DNA of 64,000 nucleotides from Cirrosporium novae-zelandiae (Eukaryota): NCBI GenBank assembly GCA_026023565.1, contig JAPETS010000038.1:124001-188000 (forward strand), written 5' to 3'. The notes under the pieces are model-generated. The model was not told where the DNA came from. It was given only the letters and a program-made list of their open reading frames with translations, and ran no database searches. Positions within the stretch are counted from its first letter, which is position 1, and each line of letters begins with the position of its first letter. Positions 11,090 to 24,067 of this stretch are shown here, piece by piece. A program made the position numbers and the translations under genes.

Positions 11090-12520
11090 CTACGTATTCG
11101 CCGCCCCCGTCGTCTTTTCCTTTGGAAGAAAAGGCTCCGAAGCCGAAACCCCACCCCCGTCCATCTCAGCTGGCATGGCACCATGATGTTCGTTTCCAAG
11201 CGCCGGCATCTCGTGTGCAGACTGCCGCTGCATGAAGGAGACGGAATCTGGTTTGTGCATTTCTGAAGGGGTTGAGATGGATGAGGTGTGTTGGTTCTGC
11301 CATTGTTGTTGTTGTTGTTGCTGGTGAGGGTACGTTTGGTCTGCGGGGAAGTATTGGCTTTGAGTGTTGAGGGTACTGCTGTTGGTGTAAGGGGGGGAGT
11401 ATTGTTGTTGTTGCTGTTGTTGGGGGTTGAGGGCCCAGCCGGAGGTTGGGTTTTGAGGGTTCATGGGGTAGGCTTGTTGTTGTTGTTGTTGTTGTTGTTG
11501 TGGGTCGAAGAAGCCTTGTTGTGGGCCCATTTGTTGTTGCTGTTGTTGGAGTTGCGCGGCGGCGATTGCGGCTTTGCGTTGCTTGCGTTTGCGGAGGCAG
11601 CAGATGAGCAGGCAGACAGCGATAATGATGGTCAGGAGCATGACGCCGCCAACGACGCCGCCAATTATGACAGCCGTGTTCTTGACGCTGGAGACTTCAT
11701 CGCTTGAGAGGTTCGATGTGCCAGCGGATTGGGAAGCGGTGGAGGTGGTGGTGGTAGAGGAGGTGTAGGTGGAGGAGGATGAGGAGGATGTGCTTGAGGA
11801 GGAATACGAGTAGGAGGAAGTGAGGGTGGCGGTTGCGTGCGGAGATTCACCCGAGTATGTGTGTTGGACATCTGCGAACACACCGGCCTCAGAGCTGCAT
11901 CCTAGCACTGAATATCCAAGATCGGTAAAGGAGAATGTATAGCAGTAGGGGGAGTCGGAGTAGGAGCTGTTGTTGATGGTTAGTCTTTCGTTTGAAGGCG
12001 TGTGTTGCTGTTCTGTCGGGAGGGGGGTTTGAATACCATTTTGCGACCAGAGTGTTCGACTGACATGAGCTGTCGCAGTCGGAGATAGTGCTCGATTCAT
12101 AGCAGTCGGTATAGTATGTACATCCGGAGTATGTCCAGGCAGTTTCAACCCATGAAGAATATTCGCAACAACCAGCGGCGTTGAAATCATCATTAAAACC
12201 ACAAACGTTGCCACCGTTGCAGGATATAGGATATGCTTTTCGAACAGTCAGTCCCAGTGCCAGCGATTACCGATTATGTGTGTATGTTCCTACTCACCTG
12301 ATGACCCGCTTATATATCCGCAGTCTGATGTAGCTGGGTAAGCCTGTCTCTTGTCAAATAATTTCTCAGCGGCAACGCTGGTTGTCGGCTGAGGCGAGAA
12401 GCCACCAAAACGTGGGACATCGTCAATCGGAGCCGTCTTGCGAGCTTCGATCCAAGGCAACGCAGTTGCTAGATTCAGAAGATAAGAGTATACAACCGCA
12501 GATTTAAGTAAAGAAGCCAT
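11090..12520 (-). CDS. Type I membrane protein: signal peptide, Cys-rich ectodomain, Ser/Thr stalk, one TM, polyQ cytoplasmic tail
   Basis: Exons 12520-12298, 12235-12037, 11966-11090; the middle exon reads in a Cys-rich frame (ISCNGGNVCGF..AGCCE..GCTYYTDC..CDSSCQ); TM IIGGVVGGVMLLTIIIAVCLLICCL followed by RKRKQRK. Confidence 0.8.
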
Positions 12521-13668
12521 GGTGAAGCTCAATTCACACAGACAAAGCGCACACAGCAGAAGACGGTGAAAGAAAAGAGAGGGACAGGCAGAGCCAGAGG
12601 AAAGAAAGCCATTGAAAATGTGCCTGAGGGGAAGATAAATTAGCAGTCGACTGAAGGATTCGAGGCTGAATGCTAGGCATGAAGACAATTGGATGCCATA
12701 TTGGTTCTCCAAGTTATTTTAGATAGTTACCTGGTCTTGACGACCAGACCTATCCCAATTAGTCCATAGGCTATAGCCACCTTGGGGAGCTTAGAAATTA
12801 TAATGGTTAAATGCGGTTAGCCACAGGAACGCTATTAAGAGCGGATCGAGGTTTATACCCCAAAATATCGGGCAGGTCGAAGAACGACAGGGGCCGTTGG
12901 CAAGGAATAAGGCGTATTTCAGCGACTTGGCAGTTGTTTTATGAGGAGACAAAAAAGGTTTTGAAGGAAGCGGGATCAACAGTTAAAATGGCCTTGATGA
13001 GACTGATTAGGGTTAGAGCAAATCTGGATTCAGCAAACTTTAGCGAGACCCTGAGCTTTGGGCAGGGGTTAACCTTAAATGCTAATTTAGTAGCTTAACC
13101 TCAACCGACCACGTGCCCACCAAACCTGCAACTTCTTAAAATGCCTAGCTATCCACCTGCATGAACAACATTTCCACTGAATTAACTACATGCTTCCCAC
13201 ATTAGCTAAATAGCACGCATAGTGACTAATTTCCCATGAAAAACAAATAAACAAAAACAAAATAATTAGTTGCTATTGTTGAATTAACATCTAGTCCCTC
13301 ACAAAGCACATTACTATATGGGGTATCTCTCTATAGTCATATAAGTGGCGTCAATGTCCCTCTAATCCCATAAAGCTTTTGTTTAACCATACCGTCTTTT
13401 CCAGTCCCAAGTTTAACACCATTATAGAGGGAAGTCGTAACACCGAATCTTCCCTGAGATGAGATTCCAGCTGTTTCCTTTATGGCCCATATTAACCATT
13501 CGTAACCATTCTTGACCGTTCCCCAGCGTTCATAAATTATAACCCGCAAAATGTGTACGTTCTCGAGTAAGGACGTGCTGTTTTCCACTTCAGCTTGTGG
13601 ACGTTGAGCCGGCTCACCTTGAACCGAAGCTCGATTACCCAATTTTCCTCATCGCTCCATTGCTACTT

Positions 13669-14970
13669 TCAAACTATCGCCGAGATGGTTCGTTGTACAC
13701 TCAATCCGAATGCGGCGGGATCTATTAACGGAAATTATTAGTATGAAAGAAAGGTGATGAGATTTAATGGAAAGTCCTTACCTTGTTCTGGGTTGCTCAC
13801 TACATCTTCATCTTGCCCCGGCCACATAATTTCTCTGTTCCAAACAGCTTTGACATGGCAGAAACCTACTGTCACCCATGCCATGACTTCGACTAACGTC
13901 GCGCCACTTGTGACCCATAGGATTGGCTCGCTTTCCAACGCATCTCCAATCATTATGGTAACTATGATGAAACCTGTGTTAGGGAAAACAAAGCTCCACC
14001 AAGAAAGGTGGAACCGCATTTTGGAGAAGGTTTGAATCACGGCAGTAAGAGATATGCAGAAGAACCAGAATGAGGTAGACCATAGGCAGATGGCGACAAA
14101 CAATCCAATGATCTTCAAGACTTGAGCAACAGGGAGGAGGTCAACACCAGCAATACGATGATTTGGAAATATTTCAAGTGCTGCATTTGCCAGGCCGATG
14201 TAAGCCAGTCCCGTGAAAGCTGGTGGTCCAACGGCAATAAACATTCCAGGCCGCGCATCCGGTGACGGTAACCCTCCTGTCATCAGTCGACCCAGATATT
14301 GTGCATACATGAAGATCGAGACCATCATCCCCAGCCCTTGCATGGTTGCACCCCCAACCACTATGGGGATTGCATGATATGCTGGTTGAATAGGTGCAAC
14401 ATAACAAGCGATTGTCCCCGTAAGCATCACCGGGAAGACAGGTAACAGCCAAGCTGGCGTCATATTCTGTAGTGTCAACGAAGACCCATTGAAGAGCATG
14501 TAATATTGGAAGACGGCCACTAGAAAGGTGCATGCCACATATATCCAGAACAGAACACGGAGTGTGACAACTAGCCAGTATCCACAATGAGGAACGCCGT
14601 AAGCCTCAATGCCCGAGATTATAACAGCAAGCGCAAGCCAGAAGGTTGGAAAGAATAGCCCTTCCGTGTTGTGTCGGAGCGAGAAAGGCAACGCATCAGG
14701 GTCTAGGGAAAACCGCATTATCAAGGCTGATGATATCCCGATAAAGAAGATAAGATTCAGGATAAATATGACAGTTCCAATCGTTTCAAGGCCATTGAAT
14801 TGATGTGGAGTTTGTTTTAGCAAAAGGGCAACGCCTCCAGTTGACATGCAGAGTGTGTACCAGGCCCAAGTTGTGTGTGGTATGCGCTTTGTGAAGAGGT
14901 GAAACCTGGCCTTCTTGAGCTCGAAGGCCTCGTTGACCTTCCAGTCGGACTTTTCGGACTTGCTGAACAT
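13669..14970 (-). CDS. TDT/SLAC1 family C4-dicarboxylate (malate) transporter, Mae1-like
   Basis: About 10 hydrophobic segments; HTTWAWYTLCMSTGG, EGLFFPTFWL, MTPAWLLPVFP, RPGMFIAVGPPAFT, WWSFVFPNTG, IMWPGQDED; 3' intron 13781-13722 (GTAAGG..TACTAAT..TAG). Confidence 0.9.
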
Positions 14971-16275
14971 GATGTCGAATAGTCTCTCTGGGGTGAATTT
15001 GAAAACGAGGATCAAGGAGGAGAGGAGGATCCTATGCTAGATAAGACGAACTGACGATGACGATGTTTGAGAAGGCTTCCTTTGCTAGCTGACTCATCAC
15101 CACCACCACTACTACTACTACCTCGTCGTAGATAAGGATAGTGGACCCAACTTTCTGTGTGGTGATATTGGCTCAAGTTTTTAGGATGGACGGGTTAAGG
15201 TACGAACAAGGAAATTGAATGTTCTGTAGAAGATTGCTTAGTAACCTGAATATGAAATCAACAGTGTTTTGAAAGGTATTGAATATTGAAAAGACACTGA
15301 TGGTAGAGGGTTCAGTTATTAAAGGAGGTTGTATTTGAGTGAGTCAGGTTTCTTAAATGCTAACTAGCTTTGATAAGTACGGGTATTCCTATATAAAGAG
15401 AGCAAATGGCAGATTGTCGTCTCCTGATGTGCCAGCAGCTACTCGTTTTGTAGATATTTTCTTCAGGAGATCCGATCGACAATGGCGCGGCGGCCCAATG
15501 CTAGGACGATAAAGGAAGAGATTCTTGAACCAACACTTGGTTTTTCTCCTGAGCGTTTATTGCTATTTCTTGACAGGTTCTGGGCATTTAACGGTAAAGT
15601 CGGATTGCGGCAGTGGCACAGTGTGGCCGGGCAGGGCTGATGGACCCAAAGTTTAGCCGGAACGCCCCATTCAAATGGAAAAAAATGGAAAAAATGAATA
15701 GAAAAAACCCACACAACGAAAACGATACGGAACAAGAGTTCATTCTAGATGCTTCGAGTTATCATTCATGAATTTTCCATCCTTTATTTTTTTGCCTCAG
15801 CAGTGACATACATCATACAAGATGATCAAATGCAATATCAACAAACACCTTGCTTGGTTCGTCCCAACATCCAAGACACCGGAGATAACCGTGGCGTCTG
15901 GCAGTGGTTGGCAATTGACGGCAATGGTTGAACAAATGCCTGACCGAAACTTGTTCATGTCGGGTTCCAAGCCTGTTCCGTAAGGGTGGTCTGTTCCCTG
16001 TGATCATCAATTTAGTTTCACATGTTCACTAATTCGTAATCCCTCCATCTTCTCTCTTCTTTTTCTTCACCTCTCAATACCAGGTAATTAATAATTGATA
16101 AATACAAAAGAAAGATCACGAGTTATGGCTTCGGCGGATGATTGCACCTACCCCCGAAGGCCTTATCTTATCAGAAGGTGCAATATCAACCAATCTGTGA
16201 AATGCCTCTTACATGACAGTTCAAGATTACATATCTTTTGCTCAATGATTTTGAGACTATTATTTTTACTTAAAT

Positions 16276-18428
16276 ATGGGCCCTAGCATCATGTCAAAGG
16301 TTAGCAAATTTGGCAGACATTCTTTCGAACAAAACCGTCAATCTTCGTCAAAGCCATCCGGTAGGCACTTGCTGCGGCACCACAGTCAGAAAAGGAACCA
16401 GGACAACAATTCTCCCGACCCCCGCTATATTTCTGAAGAGAAAGGTAATGATTTGGAATTTGACAACCGCATTCCAAGAGATAAAAACCCCACTAGACAA
16501 AACCAAGAGTTTTCGAAATTAAATCATCCAAAATCGAACGAGTACTATATAGAAGATCCAGAAGGAAGCACAGTCCACCGTTCTAAAAGGTCCAATAAAT
16601 CCTTAGAGCCTAACGCCGTTGGATCTTTAGAAGATATCAAGTCTCTGACACGAAGAAGCCGCTCGTCAAGGCAGGATAAGTCTTCTCAAACCGATATCAA
16701 ATTTTCGGGTATCAAGAGACAGCAATTGAACGAGGGAAACACCTCTCTACAGCCAAATCCCCATTACTCTTCGGAGTATAGTAACTATTCGCAACCAGAA
16801 GGACTGCCTTCTTGGAGAGATAGGGAGGCTACTCCGCAGTCCTATAATCGTTCCGCAAAGCAAGCCAAGAAGTCTTCAAAGCCAACCAGCCATCATTCGA
16901 GTGAACATACCTATTCAGAGCCGGATTCTGCTTTTCCTTCCGAAGACAGTCAGCTTCACTTCCCTGGTTACGAGTATTCAAGACCACGAGATTACCCTTG
17001 GCAACCGCCTAACGGGTCAAATCAGACTAGCACTTTAGAAGCCAACGATCGACCTTTAAAGCGAGGGAAGAGACCTCTAAAGCCTGATACGTACTATTCT
17101 TCAACACAGGATCGCACCTTTCTGAACCTCAACAGCCGAACCTCAAAACAACCCTACGAAAAACCGCAACAGGACAGCTCTAGAAAGCCCAGGAAGACTC
17201 TTTATACTTCTTCCATTTCATCAGAGGATAGTACATCCTTATTCAGACAAGACGACGACTTTGTGCTAAAGAATAAGTCTATCAAGGGAAGGTTACGTGG
17301 AGTTCGATCAAGCATATCTGGCAGGTTAGCTAACAATCAGACCCCAATTAAGTTTCCATCCGTCAAACCACCAAACAAATTTGCTCGATTTTCTAGTCAA
17401 ACTAGCAATATGTCTGAAATTCCTGAGAAGAGAAATCCAGCACCAGCATATGAGCCGCAAAAGGCCGACTCCAAGCTCTATTCACGCATAGCTCAGACTG
17501 CCAACGTACCTGGCCAGCGGAAACTGGTTGAAAAACTCCGTATTGAGATTCGGAGTGGAAAGGCCTGGAAAGTACCCAAAGGATACGTCTGTCGCCTTTC
17601 AACACCCGAAGGACCTCAGGTTGGAGATTTAAATATCTGGTAAGCATCCATGTTACTGAAGATTAAAAATATCTGGCTGGAAGTTGAGTGGGAGTCTTTG
17701 ATAGGAATCTCCATAACCCTCGTGAACGTTTTTGGGCTGCTCGCACAAGGCAATTACAACAATCCCATGTGTCGACGCTTGATCGTTTATGGTCGAATCT
17801 TCCATATCTCCGGCCCTTAGTAACAGTCACCGCCGACTCTTTGAGCAACTATACCGATGACGTAGGAGGTCGAGTCCATGACCTGTTAGGTACACGATGT
17901 GATCCATATGTAGATAAAATGTTCAGCGGAGATAGCTTCGACTTTCATTGCCATTCGAACCTCACACGGGCCGTACTGCCTTATGGGTTAACGGAATTTG
18001 ATATCCATGATGTGCTGAATGTATTTCAGGTCACAGGGCTGAATCGTGAAGGTTTGTTAATAGCATTTGTTGGATTGATCTTTGTCAACTACCTGCCCAT
18101 CGACTGACTGGTCAATGCATCTTTAGGTCAATACTTCATGGAACCCTGCCCCGCAAAACCAGGAGACTACTTTGAATTTTTCGCCGAGATCGACATTCTC
18201 TGCGCCATGTCGGCATGTCCTGGTGGGGATCTCAGCGCATGGGGGTGGGGCGAAGATACGGGAGCAGACATGGTTGACTGTTGTCGACCGCTGGAGGTCG
18301 AGGTATATAAATTGGTGGACAGTGAGATCCTCAAGGACTGGAAGAGTCCTGACCCGGCGAATTCTTTATACAAGGGTGTGCATGGGTTGGGGTTCCCGGT
18401 GTTTAAAAAGGAGGGGTCTTCTGAGTAG
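16276..18428 (+). CDS. DUF1989 (urea carboxylase-associated / carboxyguanidine deiminase-like) protein; conserved part starts near ATG 17410, preceded by an in-frame 378-codon low-complexity extension
   Basis: Exons to 17639, 17705-18051, 18127-18428; GPQVGDLNIWN, ERFWAARTRQL, HDLLGTRCDPY, HCHSNL, HDVLNVFQ, EFFAEIDILCAMSACPGGD; true start uncertain. Confidence 0.85.
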
Positions 18429-18489
18429 CTTGACGGTAGTCTAAGGTAGAAGAAAGATTAGCTGGAATCTATCGGGGATGATTTGCAAA

Positions 18490-19260
18490 TCTATCAGAAG
18501 GATAAGGCCACGAGGCTCCCGGTAACCAGGCAATTCTATATTTATTTTTCCCGCAAAAGATTCACCTAAAAGGATCTTTAATGGAAACGTACATCAGTAG
18601 ATTTTTGTCGGAGTTGAGTTGATCTGATAAGCTTGAAACGGTAGGATGGAGGGGTTGGAATGGTGGGTCTGTAGTTAGAATGTTGAATTGTTGATGGAGC
18701 AAATCACGAAGAAGGCTTGTAGTTCCTATTACATTACATATTTGCATAATTAGCATGAAGATTCAAGTTGTGGATGCTTAAACCCTATTGTAAGTTACTG
18801 TGTGGCCTTATCGAGACCAAGCGTGACCGTTTTCCAAGTTTGGTTACCATTGTCCGTAACGGACACCGGAGAAGATACCGCTAACCGTTTAGTCTAACTG
18901 AGTACTCGAGTAATTGGCATTGTGCTCCCACCTATCTAAAAATCCTAAAATCCCCCCCGCCCACACACATACCTCGTTGGGTGTTTACGCGATTTGCTTT
19001 GAACACAACTATCTAGGTAAAGATAAGGATCTCATATCATCTCAAGGCAAATAGGCGATTGTTAAAAAGAAGATTTCAGAGAGCTATTGTCCCGTGTTTC
19101 GGCAGATATATGACCGTTTGTGTCATTGGTGTGTGTGTGCTACACAATCTTTTGACTGACAAGGGTCTCTGAAGTAATTAATCGCTATCTACTGTATCTA
19201 TCTATCTATCTGTCTGTCTATCTATCTAGGCCCGTCCGTCATAAGCTGATTATCTAGGCG
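18490..19260. promoter_or_regulatory. Cluster of HGATAR (AreA/NIT2-type) sites upstream of the permease
   Basis: GATA cores near 18491, 18625, 18808, 18932, 19009, 19021, 19186-19227 and 19250; the count is inflated by a (CTAT)n repeat. Confidence 0.4.
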
Positions 19261-19441
19261 CGCTATGGTTTTTTTTAACATTGCTACTTACTTACCTCAC
19301 CTTTTGCCCATCCAACTCCCTTGGTCTTTTTTTTTTTGATTTTTTTGTTTTGCGCGGTTCCAACCTTTTAACGCACAAGACGTGGGGAAAGCTTATATAT
19401 TTCACAATAGCCAGGCTAGATTCTTTTCCACCACCACCACC

Positions 19442-19651
19442 ATGAGCGAAATGGAATCCTCCTCCTCACCAAACCAGGTCGAGGTGCGAGATGAGCAACG
19501 GCTCGAGGAATTGGGATATAAGCAGGAATTGCGAAGGGATTGGAGTGTGATGCATAATTTTGGAGTGTCGTTTTCGATTATTGTGAGTTTTTCTTTCTAA
19601 TCCCTGTATCCCACTGTGTTGTGTTGTGTGTCTTGGAGTTTTTTTTTGTAT

Positions 19652-19691
<40 letters not shown>

Positions 19692-21350
19692 AATGATTTT
19701 TAATGTTTGATTGGGTTAGAGTGTTATTACTGGTATTACTACGTTATTCGAGACGGGCTTGACGGTTGGTGGACCAGCTGTTATGAGTGTGGGATGGATT
19801 ATCGTTTCATTGTACGTTTTTTGAAAAAAAACATACCATCATCCTCTTATTTTCCAGTATTTTCTCTCTAACGGTAATCTTGCAAAGCTTCACCATGTTC
19901 GTCGGTCTTGGTATGGCAGAAATCACGTCCTCGGTTCCCTCCGCCGGAGGACCTTACTTCTGGGCTGCTATGCTCGCTCCCAAAAAGCACTCTGCCTTCC
20001 TGTCTTGGGTGACCGGCTGGTTCAATCTCCTCGGCCAGGTGGCTGTCACCACGGGCATCAGCTTCGGACTCGCGGGCCTCGTTGCCACCACGGCTACCAT
20101 CAGTGGGTCCTTCGAGGTCACCGCCGGGAAGGAAGTTGGAATCTACGCTGCAATCCTGGTGAGCCATGCGCTGCTGAATACCTTCGGCGTGCACATCTTG
20201 AAGTATCTGAATAATACGAGCATTATCCTGCACAGTCTTGGTGTGGGGTGCTTTGCGATTGCGGTTCTGGCCAAGGCACCCATTCACCAGAGCGCCAAAT
20301 TTGTGTTTGCCAAGTTTTATGATGGCACGGGGGATCCGGGGTGGAGTGTGAGGGCTTCGCCGGAATATGTCGCGGTTTGTGGAATCTTGATGAGTCAATA
20401 TACCATCACCGGGTTTGACGCATCTGCGCATCTGTCTGAAGAGACAAAGAACGCGGCTTGGAGTTCTCCGATCGGGGTCCTGATGTCCATTAGCTGCTCT
20501 GCCGTATTTGGTTTCTTCCTCATCCTAGCTCTCCTCTTTTCCATCCAGGACTTTGATCGAACCGTCAACTCCGAATACTCTCAACCCGTGGTGCAGATAC
20601 TTGTTGATATATTCGGCAAGGATGGCGCGATCGTGCTGATGACGCTGGTGATCATCTGCGTCTGGCATTGCGGACTATTTTCCATGACCAGCAATAGCAG
20701 AATGATGTTCTCGTTTGCGCGAGATGGTGCACTCCCGCATTTCTTCCACAAAGTGGATGCACGGTTCAGGAGTCCCATCCGCACTATTTGGCTAGCGGCG
20801 TTTTTGTCATTCTGCCTTGCGCTACCATCGCTGGGCTCGTCGGTTGCGTTTACGGCTGCAACTTCAATCGCCACCATTGGTCTGTATATCAGTTACACAA
20901 TCCCCATTGTGATCGTGTTCCTCTGGCCTCAGCATTTCAAAAAGGGTCCATTTGATATGAAGAAATTCTCAAGGCCAGTGGGGCTGGTTGCGATACTCTG
21001 GGTAAGCTTTTTTCATTCATTCATTCTTTCTTCTATTAAACAATCCAAGGGATATGATTTTGCTAACAATTCCAAAAAAGGTCGGTTTCATCACGGTAGC
21101 ATTCTGCCTCCCAACCGCCAACCCCGTAAACTCCCAAACCTTAAACTACACCTCCGTAGCCGTCGGAATCGTAGCCCTCTGGGCCTTCGGATCCTGGATC
21201 TTCTGGGCCAAACACTGGTTCCACGGACCCATCAGACAAATCCAAGCCGAACAGGCTGGAATTCCAATCGACGAGCCAGGAGCGCTGGAGGAGGCGGAGG
21301 CGGAAGGAAAGTTGGAGAAATTCAATATTGGTGATGAGAAACAGGCGTAG
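19442..21350 (+). CDS. APC-superfamily amino acid/polyamine permease (Uga4/Tpo5/Hnm1 group)
   Basis: Exons 19442-19582, 19720-19811, 19888-21001, 21081-21350; LGYKQELRR, MAEITSSVPSAGGPY, GFDASAHLSEET, SRMMFSFARDG. Confidence 0.93.
19654..19689. repeat. (AG)18 microsatellite in permease intron 1
   Basis: Direct reading; abuts the GCTAAT branch site. Confidence 0.95.
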
Positions 21351-24067
21351 AAATTCTTTTTATAACCAGAAATGGAATTATGTTTTGATATATAGAGATG
21401 TATATAGGCTGTACGATTTTACCCCGGAGCAGACGGCCGATGACGGACTGCGCTGCAGGACTGGGTGGGGATTTGGATACATAACACAGTAGATCAGTTT
21501 TAATTACCCACATCTTCTTCTTTATCCTATATTTACCAGGACACAGCACATTTTGTTGGAATGGCAGTGAATATATTCCATTATTGCCGTACGCATCATG
21601 GCGAATTCGGAATAATTAGCTTAGTTTTTTTTTATAATTACAGAAATATCCGTTATTTACGGGTTTTTCTGAAAGGGAAACTCAACGAGTTGTTGTTGTT
21701 CTAAATAAGTAATTAGCGAGCCCTCGACCTTATTTATTCAATCAACTAGGCTTGGACTGACTGACCGACGAACCCCCCCTCTCTTTCTCTCCTTGGGTTG
21801 AGTTGAGTTGAGAGCTATGGACTTGGTTGGTCGAAAGTTCTGGTCTGATAGGCAGGCTATTATCGATCCAAGGTGCCGCGCTTCCAATGAGTTGAGCTTC
21901 AAATCGAAGCGTTTATGCGAATAATTCTCGCAATTCTCGTCGTTATATAGGTAGGTAGGTTATGATTCCAGAGCTTGTCCAGCTACTGTACTTGCGCTTC
22001 CTGGTTTTATTTAGACCCTGGTTGCACTCACTCTCTCCTCTGCGGGATAGATGGATGGATGGCTCATTCCTTTCTTCGTTTCATCTCGGCCCATTCATTC
22101 TCTTTGCTGTAATTAGTTTTCCCTTTGCTTTACTAAACGTGCTTACTTCTCTCTCCTCGTCCGTTTTAGTTAGTCACGCGTGTCTCCGATCATACGCTCT
22201 ATTATTTATTATCTGTTTTTTCTCTTTTCTCTTCTGAGCTCACATCCTATAGCCCTTTGAGCTCTTTTTTTGCGTGTGGTTTCGTTTGGTTGGGTTAATA
22301 CTGGCATCTTTCTGTGTCTATTGTTTTCAGCTGCTGTAAGTCTCCTTTTTACTAGGTTGTGGGGTTGATTAGGTTTCTTTTTGGGTGTTATGGTCTTCTA
22401 GCTGTTCGGTTTCTAGGTCTTCTCCCTCCTTATCAAACTCATCGTCAGTTTGAACTTGGGGGATGAGAGGTGTCTCTTACAAGTGATTCACCAACAGAGA
22501 CCTCGATTCCAGCGTCGGTCAAAATATCTACAGTGGGTCTTTTTCCCCGTTTTTAATTTCCCTGGCCCTTTCAGATTTTGCTCTGAATCTTTTCGCCATG
22601 GCCCTTATCATGTTTTGTTTCTCACTTCCTTCGAGGCAGCCTCAAGATTTATGTCGGCTTACTCCATATTTTGTTGGGATAACCCGGAGCGAATCGAGCC
22701 GAAAGCTTACAAAGGTCTTTAAACAAAAAGCTGGTTTTTAGCAGTGCCCACCTTTATGAGGGGGGCATCGAAGAGTTTATTGAAGGCCCACAAGGTATAT
22801 ATATCATGGCAGAGGATGACATTAAAGAAGCCCCTAAACATAAATTTCTAAAAATGATCAAGCTTGGGAATGCTCTGGTCTGGGAAATAATTCCTTACAC
22901 ATATTCAAAAGATCTAAAGAACTTCAGACTTAGCCCATAATTCAATGAAAGACATTCAATCCCTCATCAAACCAATACATTGTAAAAAGACAATATATCT
23001 AAATTAAGTTTTATCAAACCTCACTAAATACAACTATATCTCTGTAGGAGCAAAATGTGTGTTGCGTGCAGAGCTCAGGTCGGGCACTAATTTACAAGTA
23101 GATCATTGAGCTTGGCTCTGGGGACCCAAGGAATCCTGGACAAAAGTCAGTTCCTTTTAGGAAGGTTGTCTTCCATACTTGTGGCTTATGAGGTTGGATA
23201 GGTTGCACAAGTTTCAGCCTTGTTCAACGTGTTGGCATAACGTCATGTTCCTAACGGAACAATGTGTATCGGTTACATGTACATGTACATACATATGTCA
23301 GGTTCGGTAGATTAGAAAACCGGGTTTTTTTCGTAAAAGGTTTCTGGGGTTCGGGTTTAGGAGTGTTCCACCAACCCGGCTATGTCCTACTGTAACCCGT
23401 ACGCTTTCTTACATATGCAATGCTGAGTTGTGCCAGGCATGCCAGGTAATCAAGGCCAAAGTTTCCCCCCCCCGCCCCGGAGCCTATTATCCACCGTTTT
23501 ACCGATGACGCCGCTTTTTCGAATCAGAGGTCAAGTTAGCCAATTACCATTTAGATAGTAAGCCAACCTCCAAAGCGGCATGAAAGCGGCCAATTGCGGA
23601 TATTATCTCGATTGGAACCACCAAAGGACCATCGCCTGTGAGACCACGACACCCTCCCTGCCTATTCCGTAGGGCATAAACTTAACTAGAACCTTTCTCC
23701 CACTAGAGCTAGTAGTAGTAATTACTATACTCTTATGTCTGGTTGGATCCCGCGCTGATAATATAATTAACTAGTGGCTTGCTTGACCGTGTGTTTGAAA
23801 GTGGATAATATATTTACCCCCCCCACACCAATTGACTAAGAAACAGGCAGCTTTTTGTCTTGTTGCATATATATTCCTTCATAGGATAACAGCGGACAAG
23901 CTTTCTTCTCTTCTCTCTCTACTCTACTCTCTACTCTCTCCTCATCACCATTATCTCCACTCAAAGCAAGAAACACCTCTCTCTATCTCTCACCCTACTC
24001 CCCATTACTACCCCCCACTTAGCCTTTCCATCTCCAACTCCATAACCATCAACCTCCGCCCCTCACG

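Noticed and set aside
11967..12214. N-terminal part of the 374-aa ORF as given in the track
   Set aside because: Wrong frame plus intron; the spliced model uses a Cys-rich frame and ATG 12520
17626..17676. Short duplication of the exon end (AAATATCTGG) inside DUF1989 intron 1, which lacks a canonical branch site
   Set aside because: Too short to separate from chance; the splice restores the conserved frame anyway
22700..23260. Possible pseudogene fragments (e.g. a CxxC-containing frame)
   Set aside because: Multiple stops and no recognisable family
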